64,000 nt of DNA from a virus. The stretch spans positions 23,672 through 87,671 of IMG/VR virus record IMGVR_UViG_3300025122_006404. One strand, written 5' to 3'. The notes under the pieces are model-generated. The model did not search any database and was not told the DNA's origin. It worked only from the letters and a program-made list of their open reading frames with translations. Made by a program: the position numbers and the translations under genes. Each line of letters begins with the position of its first letter. Positions within the stretch are counted from its first letter, which is position 1. This document shows positions 30,045 to 38,958 of this stretch, in pieces.

Positions 30045-30899
30045 GTGAACTCTAATTTTTCATCATTGCGTCAATTTGTGAGCGAGGTTCTAAGAGAATC
30101 TAAGTATTCTGGAATGTCGATAGAGGATATTCTCTCCTATTTTGAGGGTTTTGGAAACAATACATGGATATTTTTTGACACAGAGACAACCGGATTGCCA
30201 AAAACTGTACATACAGGACAGATAACAGAGATAGCAGCAGTTGCTATAAATCCTAAAAACTGGAACGACGAGGCTGAGGTCCTGGGCAAGTTTAATGAGA
30301 AGATAGTATTAAACCCCCAGACGATTGCAACCATCGAGAAACAGAAAACAGATGCAGAAAAAAAATCAAGGTCGAGTCGGGAGTGGACCATAGAAAAAGC
30401 TCTCGATGTCACAAGATATCATGAGTGGGATAGAGACTATAAAGACGAACAGGAAGTAATCAAAGGATTTATAGAGTTTGTTCAGTCATTTCCAGGTCCA
30501 GTTCTTGTCGCACAAAATGCTTCATTCGATATGAAGTGGATTTTTGCAAGATCACAAATGGAAATGAACAGGTATCCCATAATAGATACAATGAGAATTA
30601 TGCAGCTCTTTCTCATACCACTTCTTAGAACCCTTAGAGATCCACCTTACGATGATTCTGAGGCTGCTGAATTTTTATCAAAAATTAAGCGAGGGAGAAG
30701 GTATAGTGCATCTCAAGGAGTAGTGGCCGGTGCGTATGGTATATCCACTGATGACTGGCACAGCGCGCTAGCAGACGTTAAAATGTTAATGAGCATGCTA
30801 GAGCATGTTGTCAAGACCCTGCGTGGGGGAAGAGATATCGATATAAGCAAGCAACATGGCAGTGCTGCATCCTATTTTTCCCGGCAGAAGAAAAGATAA
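30045..30899 (+). CDS. DEDDh 3'-5' exonuclease (DnaQ-like) with leader-like N-terminus
   Basis: FFDTETTG, QNASFD, HSALADV; SLRQFVSEVLRE. Confidence 0.88.
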   Translation: MNSNFSSLRQFVSEVLRESKYSGMSIEDILSYFEGFGNNTWIFFDTETTGLPKTVHTGQITEIAAVAINPKNWNDEAEVLGKFNEKIVLNPQTIATIEKQKTDAEKKSRSSREWTIEKALDVTRYHEWDRDYKDEQEVIKGFIEFVQSFPGPVLVAQNASFDMKWIFARSQMEMNRYPIIDTMRIMQLFLIPLLRTLRDPPYDDSEAAEFLSKIKRGRRYSASQGVVAGAYGISTDDWHSALADVKMLMSMLEHVVKTLRGGRDIDISKQHGSAASYFSRQKKR

Positions 30900-30922
30900 A
30901 CAATAATATCTGAGGAGACTTT

Positions 30923-31117
30923 ATGAAAAAATTTGTAGACTCATGCCACCACCTGATAGATTCTCTTTTTTTGGGATCATATAGATTGATGTGGTGGGGG
31001 GTGTTTGGTTTGATCTGGATGGATGGAATCATATGTGGGATCTGGCTTCTTCCTTTAATTTTAGAAGCTTTCGGTGTTACTCCTGATCCCGCTTATTTTC
31101 CACTACCTCCCTTGTAA
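30923..31117 (+). CDS. Small membrane protein
   Basis: GAGGAG RBS; hydrophobic core. Confidence 0.55.
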   Translation: MKKFVDSCHHLIDSLFLGSYRLMWWGVFGLIWMDGIICGIWLLPLILEAFGVTPDPAYFPLPPL

Positions 31118-31164
31118 AATTTAAAATAAGGAGATAAAATAAGTAAAAAGGAAATATAGATGGC

Positions 31165-31968
31165 ATGTCGTATTTAGGATTAGTTAGAAGTATTTGTAGA
31201 GATTACTTGCCTCAAGTAACAGCCGCTCCTGCTATTTTAGAAATTGGCGTAGATAAAGGACAATCTATGCTTCCCATTGTTCAAAATGTGGCGTACAAAT
31301 TTGATAATTTTGTATGTATGGGTATTGATATTTTAATACAGCTTGATCTAGTAGAGCAGATTAGTCAATTTGAAAATGTCTCTATCTATGGGCTAGATGA
31401 TTTAACAGGTCGTGATGTCATCTTGATTCAAGAAAATAGCTTATCGTGGCTCTCCCGTCATGTAAGTGTGGCTACTTCGAATTCACCATATGCAACGAAG
31501 TTTGATTTAGTTTTTATAGATGGTGATCACAATTATCACACAGTTTTAAATGAGTTGAAGCTAGTTCAGAATTTTCTTAAACCTACGTCACTTATCATTT
31601 GCGATGATTATGGTGGGCGATGGTCTGAAAAAGATCTTTTTTATTCTGAAAGAGAAGAATATAAATCAGTTGACATAGCTACACCGAGACAAGAAAGTGA
31701 AAAACAGGGAGTTAAGCCCGCCATAGATGATTTTATCGCTTCTTCACTGTGGGAAGGGAAGTCTTATAATGACATGGCGGCAATTATACTTTATCGCGAA
31801 GATGTCTGGCAGCCCATCCACCGCATCTCACCACCCGGAACGCTATTGCGAGACTGCAAATTTAAAGTTGAGCGGCTGGAGAGATCGAATCACTCAATGC
31901 CAGACTCCCCGGTTTTAAGGAATACTAGGTCTTTTCCATCTCCAGTTGTAAAATTTAAAAGCCTATAG
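31165..31968 (+). CDS. Class I SAM-dependent methyltransferase (Methyltransf_24-like)
   Basis: LEIGVDKG, FDLVFIDGDHNY, IICDD; TTGTAA-N17-TAAAAT at 31112-31140. Confidence 0.85.
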   Translation: MSYLGLVRSICRDYLPQVTAAPAILEIGVDKGQSMLPIVQNVAYKFDNFVCMGIDILIQLDLVEQISQFENVSIYGLDDLTGRDVILIQENSLSWLSRHVSVATSNSPYATKFDLVFIDGDHNYHTVLNELKLVQNFLKPTSLIICDDYGGRWSEKDLFYSEREEYKSVDIATPRQESEKQGVKPAIDDFIASSLWEGKSYNDMAAIILYREDVWQPIHRISPPGTLLRDCKFKVERLERSNHSMPDSPVLRNTRSFPSPVVKFKSL

Positions 31969-31984
31969 TAAAATTTAAATAGGA

Positions 31985-32188
31985 ATGGAAGACTTTGAAA
32001 TCGGACAGCGTATTTGGTGCGTAACTGTCAACGGTAAGATCATTAAAGGAAAAATCCTCGATTTCTATCCTAATGATGACCAGGGTCCAGCTGTGAGCTT
32101 GATTGATGAAAGTACCGGATCTTTCCGAGTAGTTCTATTAGAGACATGTTCACTAACTCGAATTTCTAAGTCGAGAAAGAAAAAATAA
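31985..32188 (+). CDS. Small xGDLV-family protein
   Basis: FEIGQRI; promoter TTGTAA-N17-TAAAAT at 31946-31974. Confidence 0.65.
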   Translation: MEDFEIGQRIWCVTVNGKIIKGKILDFYPNDDQGPAVSLIDESTGSFRVVLLETCSLTRISKSRKKK

Positions 32189-32189
32189 A

Positions 32190-32759
32190 ATGAATCATAT
32201 ATGGAAATTTGATGAATGGAAAGATCTTGAGCTTCATTCTGTTAAAGATAAGATTTTAAATATAAGTGCTAATTCACTGAGGCTCGGTGATCTTACAGTT
32301 AGAGACCTCTGCTTATTGGCATCCTCTAATAAAACTCCCGTTGGTCTTTACGTTTTTTCTGACACCCGTGAGGTTCTTTATGCTGGAAAAACCCATGGAA
32401 GGTCTCTCCATGAAAGGATGATAAGTCATATTGATCACAGAGATCCTATTGCTGGATCTCCACATCTTGCTCGGTTAGCACAGTCATTAGTTAAATTAGG
32501 AGATGCTCTTTCGGGGTCGGAAGCTGTTGAAAGAATTCTTGATATGAAAACAATATGGCTGCCTATTCCTTCCAGTGTGTGCTCTCATGGGAATCATAAA
32601 AAATTTATTGCAATGGTTGAAAGACGTTTATTGTGGCACGGATGTCTTGATCCTAAATACAATTCTCCTCGAGTAAAAAGAAACGATACATTTTCTATTA
32701 AAGGAAGGAGATATGATCTGACTCCAGAGACAGCTTTAGGATCTGTATCTTTAATTTAA
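32190..32759 (+). CDS. GIY-YIG-like nuclease
   Basis: GLYVF...LYAGKT...LHERM...H...E...PKYN. Confidence 0.65.
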   Translation: MNHIWKFDEWKDLELHSVKDKILNISANSLRLGDLTVRDLCLLASSNKTPVGLYVFSDTREVLYAGKTHGRSLHERMISHIDHRDPIAGSPHLARLAQSLVKLGDALSGSEAVERILDMKTIWLPIPSSVCSHGNHKKFIAMVERRLLWHGCLDPKYNSPRVKRNDTFSIKGRRYDLTPETALGSVSLI

Positions 32760-32773
32760 AATCAGAAGTTTCT

Positions 32774-32947
32774 TTAAAGACAGGAGATCTCGTTTCTCTT
32801 ACTAATAACGAAGTGATAGGATTGGTAGTCTATAAACATCCTACAAAGGAAGTTGCCCAAATACTCTGGTCTAATTTGAATTCTACTTGGGAACCTTGTA
32901 AAAAGGTTAAACTGATAGCAAGACTTAAAGCAGATGTATCGACTTAA
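32774..32947 (+). pseudogene. xGDLV-family reading frame without canonical start
   Basis: LKTGDLVSLTNNEVIGLVV...ILWS; in-frame TGA at 32714 and no ATG/GTG/TTG before the motif. Confidence 0.45.
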
Positions 32948-32985
32948 TTCATGTAAATTTTAAGAAATTGAGATAAAATTAAATC

Positions 32986-33231
32986 ATGGATAATTGCTTT
33001 ATTGGAGATCTTGTCGAGTTTATTCACTATGCAGATTTTTGGGATGCATCAATGATTGAATGTGAATCACCGCCAAGTGATCCAAATGCATTGATTACAG
33101 TAGGAAAAAATGAAAAAGGTGTTGTAACCCAGTCATTCGGGGATGATTTCTATGAGGTGTTTACCCGAGGAAAAAGAATCCTCGTTAAGGGTGAAGAGAT
33201 TCAAGTTTTAGCTGGCAGCAGTGAGGTATAA
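32986..33231 (+). CDS. Small xGDLV-family protein
   Basis: FIGDLVEF...EIQVL; ATGTAA-N17-TAAAAT at 32951-32979. Confidence 0.65.
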   Translation: MDNCFIGDLVEFIHYADFWDASMIECESPPSDPNALITVGKNEKGVVTQSFGDDFYEVFTRGKRILVKGEEIQVLAGSSEV

Positions 33232-33234
33232 ATA

Positions 33235-33537
33235 ATGCCCAGGTATAAAGCAGGAGATATTGTACTTTATGAGACTTTTGCTGGAATCAATATTCATGCA
33301 AAAGTAATCAGAAAAACGAAAGATAACGAACCGGGTCATCCAGGATTTGATTTCAAGCTAACAGAGAGATCGGATGCAGAAATGCTCAAAAGAGCTAGTG
33401 TACCGGTTGATCTTGATAACTTTAAGGAAGAGATTAGTTTTGGGTACGACTGGAAAATAAAAAAAGTAATTGAGAGGGCTCCGAGAAAAAACTCTAAAGG
33501 AAAAAGGCGTAGAATAGTTAGGAATTCTAAAAAGTGA
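33235..33537 (+). CDS. xGDLV-family protein with basic tail
   Basis: YKAGDIV. Confidence 0.65.
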   Translation: MPRYKAGDIVLYETFAGINIHAKVIRKTKDNEPGHPGFDFKLTERSDAEMLKRASVPVDLDNFKEEISFGYDWKIKKVIERAPRKNSKGKRRRIVRNSKK

Positions 33538-33731
33538 GAATTAGAATCGGAGATCTTGTAATCCATGTTAACGGAAGAATATGCTTGGTGATTGAGATAG
33601 ATGAATATAATAACAGCGCCAGCTTTTTATCTTCGGGCGGAGAGATTAGTGAAATATCTCTAGGCTTAGCAGAAGTATCTTTTAGAATCCTTGAGCCGAA
33701 ACCTTATGTTCCCATAGAGTGCTTCAATTAG
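33534..33731 (+). CDS. Small xGDLV-family protein
   Basis: MRIRIGDLV. Confidence 0.65.
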   Translation: MRIRIGDLVIHVNGRICLVIEIDEYNNSASFLSSGGEISEISLGLAEVSFRILEPKPYVPIECFN

Positions 33732-33819
33732 GGATGTTACCGGGATCTAGAAGAAGTTTTTTATTTTATATTGAATAAATTAGCCCTCTCATGCTTATAA
33801 TATATTAGGAGTTAATAAA

Positions 33820-34170
33820 ATGATTATTACGTTTATGCTAGCATCGCTTCTTGGATGCACTGCTCATGCTCATGTGTCGGGACCCCCGCCATCTGTTGCT
33901 ACCTCAACTGTTAGCGTGTCAAGCAGTTGGACATGGGTACCGGGTCACTGGACCTATTTGAAGGTCGGATCCCGATCTCATACTGTCTACCGTCAACACA
34001 AATGGATTTCAGGCTACTGGACTCACGCGCAGCGAGGAAAGTCTTATAGAACTCGAGATCAAGGCCCACCGCCACCGAGAGCCCATGCTGGAGCTCGATG
34101 GATCCCGGGACACTGGCAAGGCCACGGACATCACCGACGCTGGGTAGACGGTCGATGGGTCCGGCGCTAG
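33820..34170 (+). CDS. WxxGxW-repeat lipoprotein
   Basis: LLGC lipobox; WVPGHW, WISGYW, WIPGHW, WVDGRW. Confidence 0.8.
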   Translation: MIITFMLASLLGCTAHAHVSGPPPSVATSTVSVSSSWTWVPGHWTYLKVGSRSHTVYRQHKWISGYWTHAQRGKSYRTRDQGPPPPRAHAGARWIPGHWQGHGHHRRWVDGRWVRR

Positions 34171-34209
34171 TATTCTTTAATATTTTCTAGGAAATTAGAG
34201 GAGAATCGC

Positions 34210-34401
34210 ATAGATATCCTTGTGAAAAATAAGGACGACAAGTGCTATGTGGTGGACGAGAAGGAAAATATAATAAATGTTTTTTTCCAAAAAGAAGACT
34301 TAATCAATTATTTAGCTGAGATTAAGCTAGAATATTCGGAAAAATATAGAGCCTTTATTAGAATAGATCCTTCTGCCAAGCGGGAAAAAATATCTAAATA
34401 A
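34210..34401 (+). CDS. Small ORF, possible ATA start (or GTG 34222)
   Basis: AGGAG at 34199-34203 is 6 nt before ATA; frame open to TAA 34401. Confidence 0.4.
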   Translation: MDILVKNKDDKCYVVDEKENIINVFFQKEDLINYLAEIKLEYSEKYRAFIRIDPSAKREKISK

Positions 34402-34443
34402 AAAATATACAGTCACATTTTTTAATTTAGGATAACTAACTTC

Positions 34444-34471
34444 AGGGAGATGCTTGTCATCTCTCTTTTTT
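34444..34471 (+). terminator. Rho-independent terminator
   Basis: AGGGAGATG-cttgt-CATCTCTCT plus T-run. Confidence 0.65.
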
Positions 34472-34485
34472 ACTTTGGAGAATAT

Positions 34486-34704
34486 ATGAAAAATATCGGA
34501 ATATCAGTATTGCTACTCATTGGAATTATTGATAGCGTTGAAGAAGATTTTGCAGTAACAGAGATAACCATGAGCGGTGAAGAAATTTTAACAGTTGAAC
34601 TACCTCTTATCTTTTTTCCGTGTGAGATAAAAGAGGGAGACCTGTTTCATTTCGAATACTCAGACGGTGTATCTGAGATAAGGTGCGGTGAACCTGACGC
34701 TTAG
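34486..34704 (+). CDS. DUF3006-like small protein
   Basis: IIDSVEEDFAV...LP...IKEGD; GGAG RBS before ATG 34486. Confidence 0.55.
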   Translation: MKNIGISVLLLIGIIDSVEEDFAVTEITMSGEEILTVELPLIFFPCEIKEGDLFHFEYSDGVSEIRCGEPDA

Positions 34705-34743
34705 GCTGATCTGAATCACTAAATCATAAGAGTTAACTTAACT

Positions 34744-34771
34744 GAGACACACTCTGGTGTCTCTATTTTTT
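34744..34771 (+). terminator. Rho-independent terminator
   Basis: GAGACAC-actctg-GTGTCTC plus T-run. Confidence 0.7.
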
Positions 34772-34888
34772 ACATAAGGAGAAGAAAAATGATGAGTATA
34801 ATGGGAGCATCTATGTTTGCCTCACTCTGGCTTTTAGCTGGAGGCGCAATGATCGTCGTCACTCTACACGATGAATAGATAATAAACG

Positions 34889-34917
34889 ATGTAGATAACA
34901 AGCCTGTGTGGTATAAT
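34889..34917 (+). promoter_or_regulatory. Sigma70-like promoter heading MKVGDLV array 1
   Basis: ATGTAG-N17-TATAAT with TG extension. Confidence 0.7.
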
Positions 34918-34952
34918 GATAGAGTTCCACACGCTACAAGGAAATCATCATA

Positions 34953-35249
34953 GTGAAAGTCGGAGATCTGGTGTGGTATAATGTAGGAGGATCACAAGAA
35001 ATGGGAATAATCCTACAGAGAAAAATGATGAAACTAGACGAATCTTTCGGGCTTCAGGATATGGTCCTTATTCTATGGAGCAAAGCTGGGAAAAAAGAGA
35101 GTCTAGATCCTCGGGGTCTTAGGCCGCGGACCTACGATGAGAATGGTCGACGATGGTCTCACTACTCTAAAGATAGGTCGATCTCCTGGGTGCGAGCCAA
35201 AACTTCAAGCGGATCTAGCATGTTTAAGGTGATCAGTGAAAGTCGGTGA
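34953..35249 (+). CDS. MKVGDLV-family protein
   Basis: MKVGDLV...FKVISESR. Confidence 0.75.
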   Translation: MKVGDLVWYNVGGSQEMGIILQRKMMKLDESFGLQDMVLILWSKAGKKESLDPRGLRPRTYDENGRRWSHYSKDRSISWVRAKTSSGSSMFKVISESR

Positions 35250-35436
35250 CCTGGTTTATATTTGTCCCGGTGATTCCACCATCGGAGTGTTTCTAGGCCC
35301 AGATGAAGATTATTTCTCGTATGAGCCCGAATCGAACGGGACGGTGCATCCTCTTAACCGATCTGAGGTATTTTTCGATAAAATCATTTGTTCTGTCCCA
35401 ACGTTTCAACTTGAAGCAATCAATGAAAATAGGTGA
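35236..35436 (+). CDS. MKVGDLV-family protein
   Basis: MKVGDLV...LEAINENR. Confidence 0.75.
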   Translation: MKVGDLVYICPGDSTIGVFLGPDEDYFSYEPESNGTVHPLNRSEVFFDKIICSVPTFQLEAINENR

Positions 35437-35620
35437 TTTAGTCACAGTTAAAGATAAAGATAGCCACGGAATAATTGTCGGAAGATTTCAAGCTTCACCT
35501 GGCCTATCACGTGGGTATCTAGTGCTTATTGAAGAAGAGATTGAGGAACGTTATAAATATGAGCTCTCAGTGAGGAAAGACTATGCAACCCGGAGACCTA
35601 GTAAGGTTTATGAAAAGTAA
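35423..35620 (+). CDS. MKVGDLV-family protein
   Basis: MKIGDLV from ATG 35423. Confidence 0.7.
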   Translation: MKIGDLVTVKDKDSHGIIVGRFQASPGLSRGYLVLIEEEIEERYKYELSVRKDYATRRPSKVYEK

Positions 35621-35765
35621 TATGAAGGACCCAGAGTGGAGAATTGGAATACTTATTGAATACCAGAAGTGGGAAAAAATTGCTAGAATTTTATACGAGG
35701 GAAAAGTAATATCAATGAGGCCAGACCTTGTACAAGTTTATAAAAGAGGTAATAATTTAAAATGA
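35583..35765 (+). CDS. MKVGDLV-family protein (paralog of 37637)
   Basis: MQPGDLV...GILIEYQKWEKIARILY. Confidence 0.7.
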   Translation: MQPGDLVRFMKSNMKDPEWRIGILIEYQKWEKIARILYEGKVISMRPDLVQVYKRGNNLK

Positions 35766-35992
35766 ATCAAATTATGGATTGGAATGGTCGCTGTCACAGG
35801 TGCGGAGCTGAAACAGTTTTTCACACGATGTCTATATTTGACTGTGCACTTGTTTGCAAGAAGTGTTTTGACAGTGAAAGTAAGCATCCCAAGTATCTGC
35901 CAACTTCAACAAAAAAGCCTTCATCTACTTCGAGAGAAACCCCAGAGGTTTCTGGATCACTAGAGGAGTCAGCGGATGAAGTGGGAAGTTAA
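35762..35992 (+). CDS. Small Zn-finger protein
   Basis: CHRC...CKKC. Confidence 0.6.
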   Translation: MNQIMDWNGRCHRCGAETVFHTMSIFDCALVCKKCFDSESKHPKYLPTSTKKPSSTSRETPEVSGSLEESADEVGS

Positions 35993-36226
35993 AAAATTTA
36001 AAAACGGATGGGGAATCTTTCTAATGAAAGAGTTCTGTAAGACCGACGAACCAGTATGTTATGGGCTTAGCCTAAACAAGAAATCAGCTAAGAAAGCTGT
36101 TGAAAGATTAAACAATCCAATGTACGTTGAAGATCTATCATGAAAAAGAGAATAATTGAAGCAGGACTTTTTATGACTTTGATGATTTTGTGTACAGCCC
36201 TGGTATTTGTTCTAGCTGGAATGTAA

Positions 36227-36421
36227 GTGAAAGTTGGAGACTTGGTACACTGGCTTGATTCTGTTGAGCTAGAAAAGGGATTAGGGATGGTGATAAAAAT
36301 TGTGAGGAAACCCAAGATCACAGACTGCGGATTCTATAGCGAATATCATATTCTTTCTGATGAGCCCGATATAAGGGCGTTTTTAGATTATGAATTAAAG
36401 GCACTAAGTGAAGCTAGTTAG
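36227..36421 (+). CDS. MKVGDLV-family protein
   Basis: MKVGDLV...LKALSEAS. Confidence 0.75.
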   Translation: MKVGDLVHWLDSVELEKGLGMVIKIVRKPKITDCGFYSEYHILSDEPDIRAFLDYELKALSEAS

Positions 36422-36713
36422 AGACCGAATTCCTCAAATAATTGAAGAAGGAGGAGGGTCGTGTGAATATCACGTTGCTGATTCTGATGAGTTTAAACAA
36501 AGACTATCTGACAAGATGAGGGAAGAGCTTAATGAGTTTATCGTTGATCCTTGTGTGGAAGAGGCAGCCGACATGCTTGAAGTCTTATTTGCGTTAACAG
36601 AGACTATCGACGTGGACTTCGAAGATGTTTTAGAAGTTGCACATAATAAGTTTGAAAAGCGAGGAGGCTTTAAAAACAGGATAGTCTTGGAGAAAGTAAA
36701 TGAGATTGAGTAA
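36408..36713 (+). CDS. MazG-like nucleotide pyrophosphohydrolase
   Basis: KLVRDRIP, EELNE, EEAADMLEV, KRGGF. Confidence 0.85.
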   Translation: MKLVRDRIPQIIEEGGGSCEYHVADSDEFKQRLSDKMREELNEFIVDPCVEEAADMLEVLFALTETIDVDFEDVLEVAHNKFEKRGGFKNRIVLEKVNEIE

Positions 36714-36872
36714 TCTAATCTTAGGATTATTTTTTGGATGTAATTCTGGGCTTTACCCATTAAACAATAGCTGTCCAGGCGGAAATGATTGTTGGTGTGA
36801 ATGGGATACAGGGCATCAATATTATCCACTGTTAGATGAATTTGGTAATATTATGTGTGACACGGGGGAAGA

Positions 36873-37043
36873 ATGAAAGTTGGTGATTTGGTACAGAACG
36901 AGGAATTCGTCGGAATAGTCTTAAAGGCTGGAATAAACATGTGGGGTGAAGAGGTGATTCCGTCTGGCGTGCAAGTTTTGTGGAACGACGGCGAGATAGA
37001 AGTTGATTGGGAAGATGAGCTGGAGGTAATTGGTGAAATCTAA
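36873..37043 (+). CDS. MKVGDLV-family protein (56 aa, below ORF-track cutoff)
   Basis: Translated by hand: MKVGDLVQNEEFVGIVL...VLWNDG...LEVIGEI. Confidence 0.75.
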   Translation: MKVGDLVQNEEFVGIVLKAGINMWGEEVIPSGVQVLWNDGEIEVDWEDELEVIGEI

Positions 37044-37317
37044 GGAGTGGTATCTTTATGTTGTTGAGTGCAGCGATGGAACATTCTACACCGGAGTGAC
37101 TACTGATATTCCTCGCAGGGTAAATGAGCATAACACAAGCGCAAGAGGAGCAAAGTACACTCGCAGTCGTCGACCGGTGAGAACGGTGTACTGGCGTAAG
37201 ATGGAAGATAAGTCCTCAGCACAGACGGAAGAGTCCAAGTTTAAAAGACTAAGTCGAAAACAAAAGCAGGAAATAATTTCAAGTCACCTTTTGGAGAAGA
37301 TAGGTGAACATAGGTGA
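37030..37317 (+). CDS. GIY-YIG nuclease (UPF0213/YhbQ-like)
   Basis: YLYVVECSDGTFYTGVTTD..RR..EHN..GAKYTR. Confidence 0.9.
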   Translation: MVKSKEWYLYVVECSDGTFYTGVTTDIPRRVNEHNTSARGAKYTRSRRPVRTVYWRKMEDKSSAQTEESKFKRLSRKQKQEIISSHLLEKIGEHR

Positions 37318-37510
37318 TCTGGTGAAAATTGTTCCAAATAAGCCTCGGCATTATTACTCAAGCCAACATCAGGCTGGTTCAGAATTAGAAATTGTCGGAA
37401 TTCTAGTGAGCTTTGAGAAAAAGGAAAAAGATGGCGGTTGGGTAATTATGACCGGTAGCAGCTTAGAGACATACATTTCTACTTGGTGGAGCTGCGAGGT
37501 TATATCATGA
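37304..37510 (+). CDS. MKVGDLV-family protein
   Basis: MNIGDLV...CEVIS. Confidence 0.75.
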   Translation: MNIGDLVKIVPNKPRHYYSSQHQAGSELEIVGILVSFEKKEKDGGWVIMTGSSLETYISTWWSCEVIS

Positions 37511-37636
37511 ATTACATAGTGAATTACGCTGTTGGTAGCATGTTATGTGCATATATTTTTGGATTTATAACAGGCTGCTTAGTAGAAACTTATTATAGAG
37601 ACTCAATGAATTTACAGAAAAAAGCTAACAAAAACA

Positions 37637-37819
37637 ATGAAAGCCGGTGAGATGGTGAGATTCCGCACTAAGTCAAAATCATTTTTTTCTAGATATGAGA
37701 CCTGGGAAATGGGGTTGCTAATTGAATATCACAATTGGGAAAAGATCGCTATGATACTCTACAGGGGAAAAATATTTAGAGTTAGAGAATCAGATACCCA
37801 GAGATTAGAGGAAAAGTAA
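37637..37819 (+). CDS. MKVGDLV-family protein (paralog of 35583)
   Basis: MKAGEMV...GLLIEYHNWEKIAMILY. Confidence 0.7.
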   Translation: MKAGEMVRFRTKSKSFFSRYETWEMGLLIEYHNWEKIAMILYRGKIFRVRESDTQRLEEK

Positions 37820-37822
37820 AAG

Positions 37823-38668
37823 ATGATATCTTGGGAAAAAAAATTTCTTTTTATCCACCCCCAAAAAACAGGTGGAACTTCTATTAAAGATATATTAAAA
37901 AAATATGAAGAGAGAGGGATGTTTGATACCTATGCGAGTGAATATTTTGATGGCTTAGAAGAAAATAATTGGAGAACTCATGAGGAATTTATTAAAAATT
38001 TTAGACAGACATTGCATCCTGGATTTCAAGAACATCTAGGCAACACGCGCCGCCCAAAATTTAAAACTAATAATTTTTATCACCTTAGTTATGAACAGTA
38101 TAAGTCTCTGATCCCCTTGGAACTTTTAAACGGGTTATGTAAATTTGCCACTATTAGAAATCCATTTGATAGAATGATTTCTTTATACTTGTTCGACAAT
38201 AACAACGAGTTCAATAGAGATGATTTTGTTAATAATATAAAGGAAAAACAGCATCAGCTGTTCAACGCCTGGAATCCCCAAGTCTATCATATACAGAATA
38301 TAGTTCTTTCCCCCGCCGCAGACCCTCTTCCACCGGAAGAGATTCCTGGCTGGTATAGCAAGGCATCCAATGTCAAAAGAATATCTGTGGGAGGTGGTGT
38401 TGATTTTTGTTTAAAATTTGAAAGGGAGCTCCGGGATCCCATTATAATAAACAACTTATGTAACTTCTTAGGGGTTGAGTCTAAGACTCTCCGTCATTTA
38501 AATAAAAATACAGGTACCCATCGAAAACACTATTCACATTACTATGATTCGGAATTAAGGACTCTTGTGGAGGATGCTTACTGCCTCGATCTTGAAATAC
38601 TCAATTATGATTTTGAAGAAGATAGAAAATATTTTTCACTTTCATCTCCCACGAGCTCTGAAGAGTAA
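37823..38668 (+). CDS. Sulfotransferase family 2 protein
   Basis: FIHPQKTGGTS (5'-PSB) and IRNPFDRMIS (3'-PB) motifs. Confidence 0.85.
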   Translation: MISWEKKFLFIHPQKTGGTSIKDILKKYEERGMFDTYASEYFDGLEENNWRTHEEFIKNFRQTLHPGFQEHLGNTRRPKFKTNNFYHLSYEQYKSLIPLELLNGLCKFATIRNPFDRMISLYLFDNNNEFNRDDFVNNIKEKQHQLFNAWNPQVYHIQNIVLSPAADPLPPEEIPGWYSKASNVKRISVGGGVDFCLKFERELRDPIIINNLCNFLGVESKTLRHLNKNTGTHRKHYSHYYDSELRTLVEDAYCLDLEILNYDFEEDRKYFSLSSPTSSEE

Positions 38669-38733
38669 GGAATAATTAGCTGTGCGCATTATTCAGCCTG
38701 GATCATTTTTGGTATAATGGTAGAGGCTATAAA

Positions 38734-38952
38734 GTGAATAAGAAAGAAGCAGTAAATCATCCTGAGCACTATAATCAGGGGAAGATTGAGATAATTGATG
38801 CCATCGAGGATTGGGATCTTAATTTCTGTGAGGGAAATGTAATTAAATACGTGGCTCGACATCGTCATAAGGGAGTTCCCCTTGAAGATCTTAAAAAGGC
38901 AAGATGGTATCTTGATCGATTGATTTCGAGCTGGGAAAAAATAAAGGAATAA
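38734..38952 (+). CDS. DUF3310-like phage protein
   Basis: VNHPEHY, GNVIKY, EDLKKARWYL. Confidence 0.85.
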   Translation: MNKKEAVNHPEHYNQGKIEIIDAIEDWDLNFCEGNVIKYVARHRHKGVPLEDLKKARWYLDRLISSWEKIKE

Positions 38953-38958
38953 AGAAAA

